A stretch of 50,215 nucleotides of DNA from Folioceros fuciformis (Eukaryota). The notes beneath the pieces are model-generated. The model worked only from the letters and a program-made list of their open reading frames with translations. It made no database searches and was not told the DNA's origin. Numbering within the stretch: position 1 is the stretch's first letter; each line of letters opens with the position of its first letter. Where the stretch lies: the NCBI GenBank assembly GCA_049999805.1, contig JBNGIO010005972.1, positions 1 to 50,215 on the forward strand, read 5' to 3'. A program made the position numbers and the translations under genes. Of this stretch, positions 23,661 to 36,200 are shown in pieces.

Positions 23661-24290
23661 CTATCTGCACCTATGTTAGATATGGAGCAATTCGTAAGCA
23701 ATCCACCTTACAGAATTGAACCTAAGGTGATGGATTCAAGACTTGAAACTGAGAGCAAGCTGATTAATAAGCTGTGAATTTTGTGCTATAGGCTTGAATC
23801 ACAATGCTCATTGTCCTGTGGTGCACTTCCTCCCAGCGTGCTCTCCTAGTCTTCCTCAAGTTGTGAAATCCTCTTGCAAGTCGATGAAGCCAAGAATCTT
23901 GAGTAAGCTTTTGGATGTGACCATCTCGAGCTCGGGTCTTGAATTGATCCTCCTTGTGGCTTGGGTTCGTAAAGCACTTCGGACTTGATTCTGATCCACG
24001 TTGTTGCCGGGGTCTGTTCCAGCCGCCTGTGTCTAGAATTTGACAGCCTTGAGGCCAATTCCTGATCCAGCCGCCTGCAATCGGCGTTGGATCTAACCAC
24101 ACTGCATGGCGGCCAGAATCAAGCCCCCTTTGGGCTCTGGATCCAGCCGCACCACCTAGTGGGTTGGATCTGGCCTCCTCGCGACCTGGACAAGATCTAG
24201 GCCGCCTCGCATCCAAGAGTCGATCTCGTCGCCCCGCGGCCGAGATTTAGGCCGTCATAGGGCGTGGATGAGATCCCGTCGCCCGCGGTC

Positions 24291-24553
24291 GGGATCTGGG
24301 CCACCCTACGGCTGGGATCTGGGCCACCCTACGGCTGGGATCTGGGCCACCCTACGGCTGGGATCTGGGCCACCCTACGGCTGGGATCTGGGCCACCCTA
24401 CGGCTGGGATCTGGGCCACCCTACGGCTGNNNNNNNNNNNNNNNNNNNNNNNNNNNNNNNNNNNNNNNNNNNNNNNNNNNNNNNNNNNNNNNNNNNNNNN
24501 NNNNNNNNNNNNNNNNNNNNNNNNNNNNNTGGGATCTGGACCACCCTACGGCT
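24291..24553 (+). repeat. 23-bp minisatellite GGGATCTGGGCCACCCTACGGCT (at least 7 copies, N gap), within a GATC-rich region (~23960-24740) that is probably TE-derived
   Basis: Six exact copies at 24291-24428 and one near-exact copy after the gap; degenerate copies flank the array. Confidence 0.9.
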
Positions 24554-26021
24554 TGGATGAGATCCTGCCACCCGACGGCCTGGATCCGGGCCGCCCTGCT
24601 GCCTAAACGAGATCCTGTGCCTCGCGGCCGAGATTCGAGCTGCCCTGCGAACGGGGCCTGATCCTGCCACCTCACAGCTAAGATTTGGGTTGCCTCGCAG
24701 CCCGGTATTGACCCTACCGCCTAGTCCTAACCCCGGCGCCTAGCAGTCGGGATCCAAGTCATGTCGCCGCTATTGGGTGCCGATGTTGTTGCGCGCCACC
24801 ATTGCCTTTGCCCCCGCGAGACTACTGGGCGCTTCCCAAGTTCCCGAATTTGTGCACGCAAGGACAATCTTGCAACCACCTAGAGAGCAAATTCTTGCGT
24901 GCATTCTAGATTCTATCATATGAATGCGAGGATGCCGAGTTGAGGCTAGCGTCAAGTACGTCGGGTGGAGACCGACGCCGCTAAAGCCCGACTCAGGCCC
25001 ATGGGCCTGCTTCCTCAAATGTGCACGAACACCTACACCACTCTCTTGATCGTAGGAGACCCCTACGTAATGAAGGTCTCGTGAGTCTTCGAAGTGAAGT
25101 GTTTTCCTATGCGACAAGAGAAAATCACGAAAGTTGCAGTATAAGCAACTGGGCTAGCACAAGTTGCGCTGGCTGGGAGTCCGTCAGTCACAGGCACACC
25201 AAAAACCAACTCTAGATTCAGGACATGCAAGTGCAAGCCTTTCTCCTCTAGTTATTGCACTTTCTAGGAGCAACTTCAAAGACTAACTTCCTTGTCCCTT
25301 GCCTCCTAGTGTTAGTGCCTTCCTAGGGTTTTTCCAGCGTGTTCATACTTGCTGAGTTCTAGCCTTCTTCTAGGTACTTAAATTTGTCTATTATTCGTAA
25401 TAAATACGTTCCCAAATTAATGAAATAAAAGGAAATAATAGTTATTATCCATATTGTGCTAAGGGACAAACTGAAAGCTATGAATGCGAACTTGCCTTAC
25501 CTTCCTTCTTGTGCTCGAGCATAGCAGTGGAAGTAGTCTCAGGAGTCCCGGCAATCTCGATTGCAGAATGAACATGTCACTTGTCCCGACCTCCCTAGCA
25601 GCTTCCAGTGAGGTGGAGGGCAACGACTTTTAAGACACAAAGGGCCAATGCCGCAAAGATGTGGATGTAGTTGTGGATTCCGAGGCCAACCAAGATGGTC
25701 ATGTTTTTGTTTAACTTAGTGCTTAGCACAGTGAAAGTGGATGTTATGCTATAAACGTAAACATGTTAAATTTTGTCGATTTTGTATACAGGAGAATGAC
25801 GAATTGTCCTACAAATTGTTCTTTGTTTATGTTGAACATGAACTTTGGTGCGCCAGTAGATAGATGCACCAAAGATGAGATAACTATTTTATCAAATAAT
25901 TTAAGCTTGAAACGAGACAGGTCCCACAACATCTTGGTCTTGCAGCAAATAAACGAAGAATGGATATGTCTGACACATGTCAGAATAAGATTTTATTTGA
26001 AAAATGTATTAAATGTAGATA

Positions 26022-27458
26022 TAGTCAAACCTCTCTAATTGGGACCCCTATAAATGAGAACCCCCTTTTAAGTGGGACGCCCAGGCTTACTCCCTTGAAT
26101 GTGCTACATGCTAAATGGGAAACCCCTCTAATTTGTAAAGGGGAACATGTCTCCCAAACATTCAATGCAAGTACACCTCTATAAAAGGGAAAATATATAT
26201 TTAAAAAAATAAAAAAAATGAAGAAAATCATCTTACTGAGATTAAATCATTATGTCACGTTAAAGGCTATCGAGATTATATCATAAGACATAGACAGTCA
26301 TCGAGATTGAGCCTATATATGTAGTAGTTCTGTACAATATGTTTTGTGATCAAAAGCATTGTTCCTAGTACATAAGTTATTTCATTGTACAAGTTGTCTT
26401 ATGGTGTTGTAAGTTGTGTTATGGTGTTGTAAGTTGTTATCTTGCTGTGAGATATTTTGTAGGTGTTCCTTACCCAATGTGACAAGCGTGTATCAACCTT
26501 TGGACCGAGGAATCATCCGTTCTTTCAAGGCCTTGTATCGCAAGTTAATGATTTCGTACCAATGCAACCAGATCATAGAAAATGCGGCTACAACTATTGA
26601 TGTATATCAAGCAGTGGTTATGCTGGTAAAAGCTTGGACTTCATTTGTGAGTCCTCATACCATATGCAATTGTTGGAGGCATAGTACTTTGGATGCGGAA
26701 TTGCATGCACAAGATGCTCGGTTCCGTGAGTCTTTGGATCTAAACAGTGCACCATATGATCCAAAGGATCCATTGTCGGATCCTCAAAATCACTCTAATT
26801 CGTTGGAAACGCAGGTAGAAGAGCTACAACAGTCCATGCGAAGCTTAGCATTATGAACATCTGAGGATATGACAAGAATTGCTGATGTTGGATATCCAAC
26901 GATGACAGTTGAAGAGTATCTGAACTTTGAGGAGGATGAAGTATTGGAGACTACGTATATCTCTACATAGGACGAAATATGGCAAGCATTAATCCCTGCA
27001 GTTGTCAATGAGGAGGGTGAGGAGAATGATACAGCGTCAGTAGAGACCATAATACCAAGACCTCGTACAACAAAGGATGCTGAAGATAATGCTATGAGGA
27101 TAACGAAGATGTTTTTGGAAGATATGCCACATAACACTCTTGATGCTTTGAAGTTGCATTCTCAGTTGGAAAAACATATTGCTAGTCATTGGATGAAAGC
27201 AATTCAACATCAATCAAGGATTGATGATTATTTTAACCCGGCAAACTAGAATTAGGTTCGCAGCTATGTAGTATGAGGGAGCATTTTAGATTTTTTGGAA
27301 GCCTTTAAGCTCTTTCAAATTTTTTATTTAAAGGATTTTTTTTGATTTTTTTTAAATATTTTTATTTTCAAAAAAGATGAAAATGCCTAAACGAGAACCC
27401 CTCTAAATGGGACGATTTTTGCTACTCCCAATTGTTCCCAATTAGAGGGGTCTGACTG
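26022..27458 (+). mobile_element. pogo/Tigger-like (Tc1/mariner superfamily) non-autonomous DNA transposon
   Basis: 23-bp TIRs TAGTCAAACCTCTCTAATTGGGA / TCCCAATTAGAGGGGTCTGACTG (20/23 match). TA on both sides (26020-21, 27459-60). DDE_1 fragment LPNVTSVYQPLDRGIIRSFKALYRK...AW...TICNCWR. Subterminal GAGAACCC...GGGACG repeats. Confidence 0.88.
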
Positions 27459-27647
27459 TATGTGACCAAGACGACGTAAACTCAAATATGCATCAAACAG
27501 GCTTTGTGGAATTCGATTGTTAGGTGCAAACCATATTTGTCTCTAACGGGAGCAATTGTACATCTTCTCTTCACTCTGGTATTTTGCTACACCACACTCT
27601 AGACCTGCACACATGCACACTTACTCACAAGATAATCTTCCTCTTAG

Positions 27648-27714
27648 TACCCACTACGATATTATGCAATCAGAAACTACTGTAGTTTGTGATTGCATAA
27701 TATTGTAATGGGTA
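27648..27714. repeat. 67-bp near-perfect palindrome (33-bp arms, 1-nt loop)
   Basis: TACCCACTACGATATTATGCAATCAGAAACTAC-T-GTAGTTTGTGATTGCATAATATTGTAATGGGTA; 30/33 positions complementary. Confidence 0.9.
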
Positions 27715-28412
27715 AAAGGATGGGACGACTTTGAACTACTACTAGTGAAGACCAATTGGTATGTGTGTTGCAAAGAGCATTAAATTGTTTGGACTAGAAA
27801 TAACTTCCACCGAATTTTGTGGAGCACATTTACAAGGCCAAAACATGGAAGTTGATTGTTGAGCAATAGGCAGAGTTTGCAGGCCTATAAGACTTTTAAC
27901 AAGCTTATAACATATAAGGACGCTTCGAACCCGAAAAAATCTTGTCAAGTAGGCATACTTTGTGGCAACATTGCGGACATGGCAAAGGTGGTGGAGGGTA
28001 GACCATTCTTGTTGCTGCTACTAGGCCTTCCTCGAGAGCTAAATCGCAACACGTGCTTGACCTCGATTTGACAAAAGGTTAAGTAGAGATGAGTTTGCTA
28101 ACGTGATGAAGCAATTTCGATCAATAACATAGTCTGAGGTATTTCGTGTGTTGGTTTTTCACTCTCTAGATCACACAAGTATAATAAGAGAGGTTTGGGA
28201 CACATGTTGTGGGGCAGTGACAACATGTTTTTGGCAAAAGATTAATGTGATATCTTTGACTGGCGATAAGGTGTATGATGCAAGTGATTTTTTCACTACT
28301 GCTACTAGGACAAAGGCAAGGATTGTATGTTGAACCAATTGGCCCTAGGAGGGTCAAACCACATCTAACTATATGGGAAAAAAGAATTCACCAATTATTT
28401 GAAGGAAAAGGC

Positions 28413-28810
28413 TATGAACCTCCAAAGTTTGAGGTAGTGGTTTGTTTTAATTGAAAAAGGGTTAATAGTGGTATGTTTGGATTTCTTGTTCTACTTTTTT
28501 TTCTATTTTTCTTTTATGTTTTAGTCATTTTTCCTATTTTTCCTTGTACTAATTAGGTTAATTGACCAATAAATAATTGTTTTGGTTATTAGAGTGGATA
28601 TAGGTTGGTCCCAACTTGGAAAAGTTTAGGTTTGGTATTGGAAAGGTTTGAATTTAGGTTTAGTGATTGGGTTAAAATTAATTAAATAGTTAAATAACAG
28701 TTTGAACCTAGGAGGAGGAATATGGGGATATGTTAGCGTGATCTGGCTGGCTGATAGGGTTGCATGATTGGCTGAACGGCCATGAGGACCGCACCCTAGC
28801 TAGGGCAGAA
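28413..28810 (+). mobile_element. Diverged internal copy of the repeat found at both window ends (putative LTR 5' part; may extend to ~31193)
   Basis: TATGAACCTCCAAAGTTTGAGGTAGTGG... aligns with 49814 onward. A TATA-like CTATAAGAGG at ~30531 and a CA at 31193 are suggestive, but no TSD was found. Confidence 0.65.
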
Positions 28811-31800
28811 TTGTGGTCGCTCCCATCTCCATTCCTCTCCCTCCCTTCCTCCCTTCTCTTACATTTTTCTTTCCCCGCTTCCCCTTTTCCCCCTTCCTTC
28901 TCAATCTATTTGACCCAATCTTTTCGTGCTTGGATCCAAGCTACAGGCAAGAGGACATATCCTCCAGTGTTGGGATTGAATGTGCGCACAGAAGGAGCCG
29001 GAGCCAAGTTGAAGGATTTGTGCATTGCACGGACCAATAGCGGCGCGGCTAGTCGACACCCTGACCCGATCCATCCTTGCCATTTTGATCTTGGCCACTC
29101 TGCAAGACCTGTCATCCTGATCCTGTCCTTCAACGCCCCCTGCATCGTTTCTTTTGATTTTCTCAACTACCCCGGTTCTTGCCAACCACTGCAACGCCAA
29201 CCACAACCCTATCTCCTCCCTTATCTCTTTCCGATCTCCCCTCCCATGTGTTCTGATTTCCTCCCTGATCCACTCCCTACGCCGATTTCTCATCTCTGTG
29301 CCCACCCCCACTACTGTTCCTTCCCTGCACACTCCCTCCCTGTCCCTTAGCCTCGCCAGCCTCTTCTTCTCCCATCTACCCTGTCCCGATTTTGCTTATG
29401 CAGGCCTTATTCGTTGCCCGCGCTGCTGGATCTGCCCAGCCCTAGACTCCTGTTGCAGGATTGAGGAGCGCTGACTAGTGATCTCCTGCTATGCAAGCCG
29501 CACTGCCATCCTACAGGCCAGTGTTGTCCCTCCCCGCTGTTGTCCCGACCCCGTTGCAGGAAATCCAGCCCACGGTGCTGCAGGAGCGCCCGCCATCGCC
29601 ACCACTACTGGACGATCCAGTTGTGCTGCCGCGGCACAGCAATTTCCCCCCCCTGCCACCGCGTCGCCGTCCAGCTCATTGCCCGTTGATCCTTTAGTCT
29701 TAGTTTTTTGGATTTAATTCCAGAAATTCAGACTCTACTCTTTCTCACCTATTTCCTTCTCTTGACAGTCTAGGAACTATCCCAACACCCTCGGATCAGT
29801 TTTCGATGGCCGAGGAACCATTTCGGCTAGAAGCCAATTCTGCTGAATAAGCTATCGATTTCAGGCATGGTTCTGATTGTTGATCACTCCTCTTCTTATC
29901 TCTCCCCTTTCTTCTATCACTACTCATACTAATACCAAGGGCCTTCCGTCTCAGGACTGTTCGATAGTCCAACAGCCCATTGTCCCTTGAGGTCGTCGGT
30001 TGGATGTGATGGATGCAAGTTCGTTACCCTAACCCATTCCAATAGGAGTTTAACGTCTACAACCTCTCCACCAACATCTTTTGCTATGTTCTTCTTGCTT
30101 CTAACACGTCCCAGGTAGGTTTGACCTACTATCCGTGGGCCCTGTAGAACATCCCTTTAGGACTAAACTAATAAATTGAAAAGTACTCGTCCCATGAGGG
30201 CTGTGTGTTAGCCCCCATGGGAACTGTTAGGGGAGATGCTGCAAGAATGAAGGTGACTGTTTGGAGGCAACCTTAGCTGCCATGGAAATAGTGGTAGGAG
30301 AAGCTTTTGCCTCAACAATAAGAAGGCCGCGCCCACCACATCTAGAAGAGTAGTCAAAAGCCAAGGATCAACAAGAGCTGTTGGTAGGGCCATCAAGGGG
30401 GCTGTAGCTCGTCGAGTTGATGGTAGGGTAGACTAGTCTAGAATAATGGTGTGCTATAAACTATTATTTTGGTTGTCGTGTCCTAATGGTCAACCTGTAG
30501 AGAGAGGAAGGGGACTAGAGCTAGGAGTCCTCTATAAGAGGCTGTGAGCCTCTAAAACCCGCTTGTCACTTCACGATCTTTCTCGAGTTGTCCCTACTTG
30601 GATACAGTAGTGTGTGCCGGTTGTGCATGTTGTGCAACGTCTAGTAAAGCTTTGAGAAATAGTGGCCAAGGTTAAAGGCTGGGTTGCTTTAATTCTTGAT
30701 CGTGCTCTCCGTGTTGTGCCCCATGATCTATAACATTCTTGTTTCCTTGTAGGACTGGAGTGAGTACCAACCATGCTCGCATGGTGTCTAGTAGGATGAT
30801 GGGTGGTGGCATACTCTTCTTTGGGGTTAGTCTAGTGACTCTTGCCGAGTGGGGGAGTCAAGAGGGAAATGTAGAAGGTAGTAGTGTTGTTGCTTGTGTT
30901 AGTGCTGGAGTGAGCGAGAGGTTAGTGTTGTTGTAGTGGCTGGAGTGAATTTGTGGGCACCGAGAGAGGTGCAGTCAACTGTTGGACAACGAGGATTGTC
31001 CGACGCCTAATTGGAGCTGGAGCGGAGCCCTCGAATCCGTCATCAAATTCATTGAGTCCGATCCTCCATCCATAGCAGCGAACCATCGCTCCTTCGTGGG
31101 AATGAAACCCAATGTCTCAACGACAGTGGGATAAGTGTGGACACTAAAGGTCGAACCCTTTGGCAAATAGTTGCCTGGGGTTTTGCCACCACAGGAGCAC
31201 AAGTTTTGCTACACCACAGCTGATGTTCGTGGAGTTTCTCTATACCAAAAGCTTGTGAAGTTATTGATAAAACTGCTACAGTTGTTCACAATGAGGGGGA
31301 TTGGGTTTGACATGGATGCAAAAACTCTAATGCAAGGGATGGCTGCTGTAGCGAAGTGTTTCTGTAATGTCATTACTGTAGACTTGGATCCACGAGTTGA
31401 CAAGTTGACTTGGATCCACGAGTTGACATGGTGTTTGTGCCTACATCAACTAGCACTAGATTACACCACACTTGTGGGATCTTGTGTAGCCTCCTCTACT
31501 AAGCGAACATTAAGCAATCGGCCTTCAGCCTTCTGGAGGGTTTAGGGATGCTTTTGTGAAGACTTCTTGGTCCTTATCACATATGTGTTGATTTACCTTT
31601 AATGACCACATGCCAAGTCCCTACGAATCCACTCACTTTCCAACGCTGTCATGCACTATTGCCATGTGGCTATGTAGATAACTACCTACACCACTACGTA
31701 CGTGATCATGGGTACATACACATAATGTATATGCATGCCCAACATTCTCAACTGCTCAAGGATCCTTTATTATCATGCACCATCATACCATAACCTTCGC

Positions 31801-31959
31801 AAATGTTCCCTAGAGAGAACTGGCCTTGCAACTAGAAGCATGTAACAACATTTATGGTGACTTGGTTTGCATTTGGATGTCTCTTTCAACCCCTAAAAAA
31901 TATACTATGATTGTGTTAGAATTTTTTTTATAGAGTTGGGCACTTGGGCACTCTATTAG

Positions 31960-32320
31960 AAAGAAAAAATGTCTATGTTTATGATAGCTAGATCAGGATG
32001 CCCCATGGCTGTACACTGCCAATCTGGTTATGTTCATTTAGGTTAAAAATACCAGATCATAAATACCCAAGTGTCCTTATTTAGGTTAAAAATACCAGAT
32101 CATAAATACCCATGTGTCCTTATTTAGGTTAAAAATACCAAATCATAAATACCCAAGTGTCCTTATCGGTATTCCACAATCCAGAAAAAATGTCTATGTT
32201 TATGATGATAGCTAGANNNNNNNNNNTATTCCACAATCCAGAAAAAATGTCTATGTTTATGATGATAGCTAGATCAGGATGCCCCATGGCTGCACATTGC
32301 CAATTGGTATTCCACAATCC
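31960..32320. repeat. Local tandem duplications (43-bp unit ATTTAGGTTAAAAATACCAGATCATAAATACCCAAGTGTCCTT x3; ~50-bp unit around an N gap)
   Basis: Direct repeats are visible. The copy flanking the gap may be an assembly artefact. Confidence 0.75.
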
Positions 32321-33257
32321 ATAACCTTGGCAATGATAGAAGAAAAAAAAAGTGTGTAGTATGTGGTAAGGTATGTGGTAGTACCTAAAGTGACATAGAA
32401 CCCTAAAACCCATATGTAGGTGCGAGATGCTCCAAAACATTCACCTACAACATATGGTTGAGAAAAAAAAAACCTAATAGTGTACCGCATGTCCTATGCA
32501 TATTCCATAGGCTAGCCATCTAAAGCATACACGTATGTACACCTCTTTCCATGGACACTTGACCAAGAGAAGGTTCAGGGGTTACAGGTTGTTCTAGGCT
32601 AAGAAAGGCTTGACAAATTATTGTTGGGCAATATTATGAATTTTTACTCATTTTTAAATGGAAGGAGAAGCCAGAAAATATTCTATGGCCTCGTGTAGTA
32701 GATACATGGAGTGCCATCTAAATACACATATATATTTTTACAACAATGATTATATTGGTACTTTTATGTATTAATATAATGCCCGCTCAATGATCGTCAG
32801 CATCCTGGGTCCGGGTTCTAGTGAACGGCCCAACGGGCACGTCGGGCTGCTTTCCTGCAGGAGTGAATCTACGGGCTTATAAGTTAGCACGCCACCTTCT
32901 AATCTGCCCCATTGTATGCCAAGGCCTTCTCAGGCAGGTTTGCACGTGTCCAGGTTCTCCGGTTGCTGCAAAGCATTCAGGGGGGCAGGGGGAAGGCATG
33001 TGGAAGGGGAAGGCTTGTTTTCCTGCTGGAGGTTTCCTTCCCTGCTGCGGGTCTCGAGATGTAGCTTCTGTAGGGAGGTCTCCTCCTGTGTTCCCGGGAA
33101 GTCAGGAGACTGCGGGCCTCCTTTGTTGGTGGGTCCCAAGAAATAAGCTCACCCCTTCAGACCTTTTCTTGCAGCCTGCTCTTGTTGCATGTGCAGGGCA
33201 ACTTGGGATTAAAGGGCAGGTTTCTGCCTTCAACAGGATCTGCAGTTAGGTGGGAAC

Positions 33258-36200
33258 ATGGCAGATGCTGTCCGCTCAGACAATTCAAACAGCAACTGCA
33301 GCACTAGCAGTTCGCGGTCGACATCAACCGCAGCAACGTCGTCTGCGGCCCGTAATGCAAGATACGATGCAACCGACTGTACCGTGTCTATCATCTTCGG
33401 CCAACGCGGCCGGCAGAGGCAGCGGCACCACCAGCATCGTCATTCCAGGTCGCGGAGCAGCGTTGCACGCAGCTCTAGCCAGAACTCAGTCCGTCGGGGT
33501 AGGAACAGTGATGGTGAGAGGGCTCCGGAGTCTGGCTCTGGGGTGGAATCTCTGCGGCAATTGGAGCAGCCCGAAAGCGCCAGTGTGGCCAACACAGGGT
33601 ACTTCAACGGGCAAGCACCAAGGCTTTTAAGAGACATGTCGGCACCTACGGAAGTGGAGTTCTCGGATGCTGTGTGTCAACTTCTAACAGGGCAGTCATC
33701 GTACAATATAAACAGTGAGGCGCACATGACGCGTAGCGTCAGTCTAGATCTTCTCAGTGACTCTGGTAGCATATCGTTCACGGATGAGGTGGATGAGGAA
33801 GCCAGCACTGACCTTCCGCTCATGGACTATGAAGTGGAGTCACGTGTAGATCGCGAACCTGGTCAAAACGAGGGCCAGTCTAGTGATGAGGCATCCTCCA
33901 CCCATAGGGGAGCACCATCCACCGTAACTGACTGCTCAGCACTGCCAGATTCATCTACTTTAGCTGAGATATTCCGCTGCTTCATCTGCCTTGGAAAGGT
34001 AGGTAATGCCCTGTTTCTGGAGGGGGATGCATATCTGGTGACAAACTGTGGAATTCATATGTCCCATCTCTGGACCAACTTTGTTGAAGGTAGTGGACGC
34101 TCAGGTGTGTCCCTGCTGTTCCAAGTTGGTTTGCTTGCCATGTATCAAGGTACTCCTGGCCACCCTGCACCCTTCACATCATGTGATGGCTTCATCGTAC
34201 ATGTAGTAGGTCGCTTTTCAGCAAATAACAGTCGCCTGAAACTTGCAGCGGTGGCTCACCGACCAGAAGTCAGAATGCCCGCACTGTCGATCCCCTCTGC
34301 TTGTCTCACAGCTTGTGAGCTGCAGGTTCATATCAGAGATTTCAACGGTATGCAATGTTTGAAACGGCTAGAGAAAATATGGGTTGAGCACCTTTCTTAC
34401 TCTGCACGAATTTGCTGCTTCTGAATTTGTGGTTTTGCCTACTCCTTTCTCAGGAGGTGGAGAAGATGCAAGGGAAACTTGGACAGGGTGCCATGGAAAA
34501 GGTGAACATCTCGTAGGCTTCCCCTTGTGCATGGTCATTTACTAAGTTATGTAACGCACAGTGTGAGGTATATTGGACACTGTTGCCACGTGTCTGCAGC
34601 GACGCAGCAGGATTAAAATGAAAAACGCGCAGAATCATAGGTCTATATGGGCATGTTGAAAGTCTGTGTGCTGACCCCTCAACTTGCTTGAACAGCTGTG
34701 TCCAACACATGAGAGCCCTTTATCTTATTTCTGCACCTCCTGCTCCGTTGCAGTCTGCTCAGACTGTGCAATATTGGATGAGGTACACCTTTCCGTGCTG
34801 CTTTATTATTAGGTCATAGAAAATCGTTAATCGCAAGGTGGTGCCTCAACTCTTCAATGCGGGTGAGTTTCCTTTGGAATCCGGCAATTTGTGCAATAGT
34901 CCTCCATGGCCTGTGTTCTCAGGAGCACAAGGGTCATGCGTTTGAGAGGCTAAGTGTGACATATGGACGACACAAGAAAAAGATTCGAATGGAAGCTGCA
35001 GGCTTACGTCGTCGCCGAAAAGTAAGTCCTGTACTCAGCTGTCTGTTGGTTCGCTTGGGAAAAATGGGATATTTTGAGACGACTTGAACTTGTTTCAATG
35101 TGACATCAAGAGTCTCTAATGGTCTTAAATCCAGGAACTTTCTAAACTCATAGCATCAGTGGACAAGAACATTGAAGCTGTTTTGAAGGTGATTTACTGG
35201 ATCTGGTTGCCTTTTCGTCGCCATCTTCAAGGTGCTAAGAAATGAGTGGACGTTTTTAAACACAGGACTTCTACTATGCAGGGAAAAGATGAATCTGCGT
35301 CTGAGCTGTACTTTGCGTTCAAAAGGATGCAGGTACATTTCATGGGCTATCCGCGTGACTTTTCTGTATCTGAAGAAAACTGTTATCCATTTTTTTAACT
35401 CAAATTAGCATACCCTAATTACTCTGGTATTCTGAGGATAACGGTGTTCCGTTCTGCAGGCTAGGTTGGAAGAACAGTTAAAGTGTAAATTGTTGGCATT
35501 GCTAGCACAGAAAGGGTCAATGACACAAGAGGTAATCTGCGCTATTGTGGATTAAGGTGTTTTGGGTTGACCCAGTCTCGAGTTGTAGGTTCGTAGAATA
35601 GATCTTCACCAGTCAAGTGTAGTAAGAACTCGGCTTGCTGAAAAGGCCGGTCGCTACTCGCTAACTTTGGCAGGTAGATCTTTTGGACACTATCTTGACT
35701 GAACTGGAACAACAGCTGAATACAATACCAAAAAGTGATCTCATTGCACAGGAGCCTAACATTAGCCGCATGCTTCAGGTTTGAGTTTTTTGCCATCTTG
35801 CTGGTTCTGTAACGCATGCTTGCTGGTTCCGTAACTTGTGTCTGGACAGTAGACGGCTAGTCTATTTTTCAGCTGATCCTGATAACCATTAGTGATCCCT
35901 GCAGGACATACATACAAGGACCATTTCAGATGTTTCCAGGACTCCAGTCTCTGCAGAATTTACATCCGAGGTCTGAACAGCACATATCCCTTAACATGCT
36001 CCTGATCTTTGGAAGGCAGCTTGAGTGATTACCTGAGCCCGTGCAGGTGGTCCCTACTTATGAGTATGGTGAGCTCATTCTCACGAACTACAAATTGAAC
36101 ATAGAGAAGACTCAACCTACAGTGTTCTTGTCTACCAGCAGTCAGAATGTGAATGAGCCAACAGATTTCACAAGGGACGTTGTCTACAGTGAGGTATCTA

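Noticed and set aside
23773-25553. Solo LTR enclosing the 23-bp minisatellite
   Set aside because: TG and CA candidates exist but no TSD, PBS or second copy is visible, so the boundaries are unsupported.
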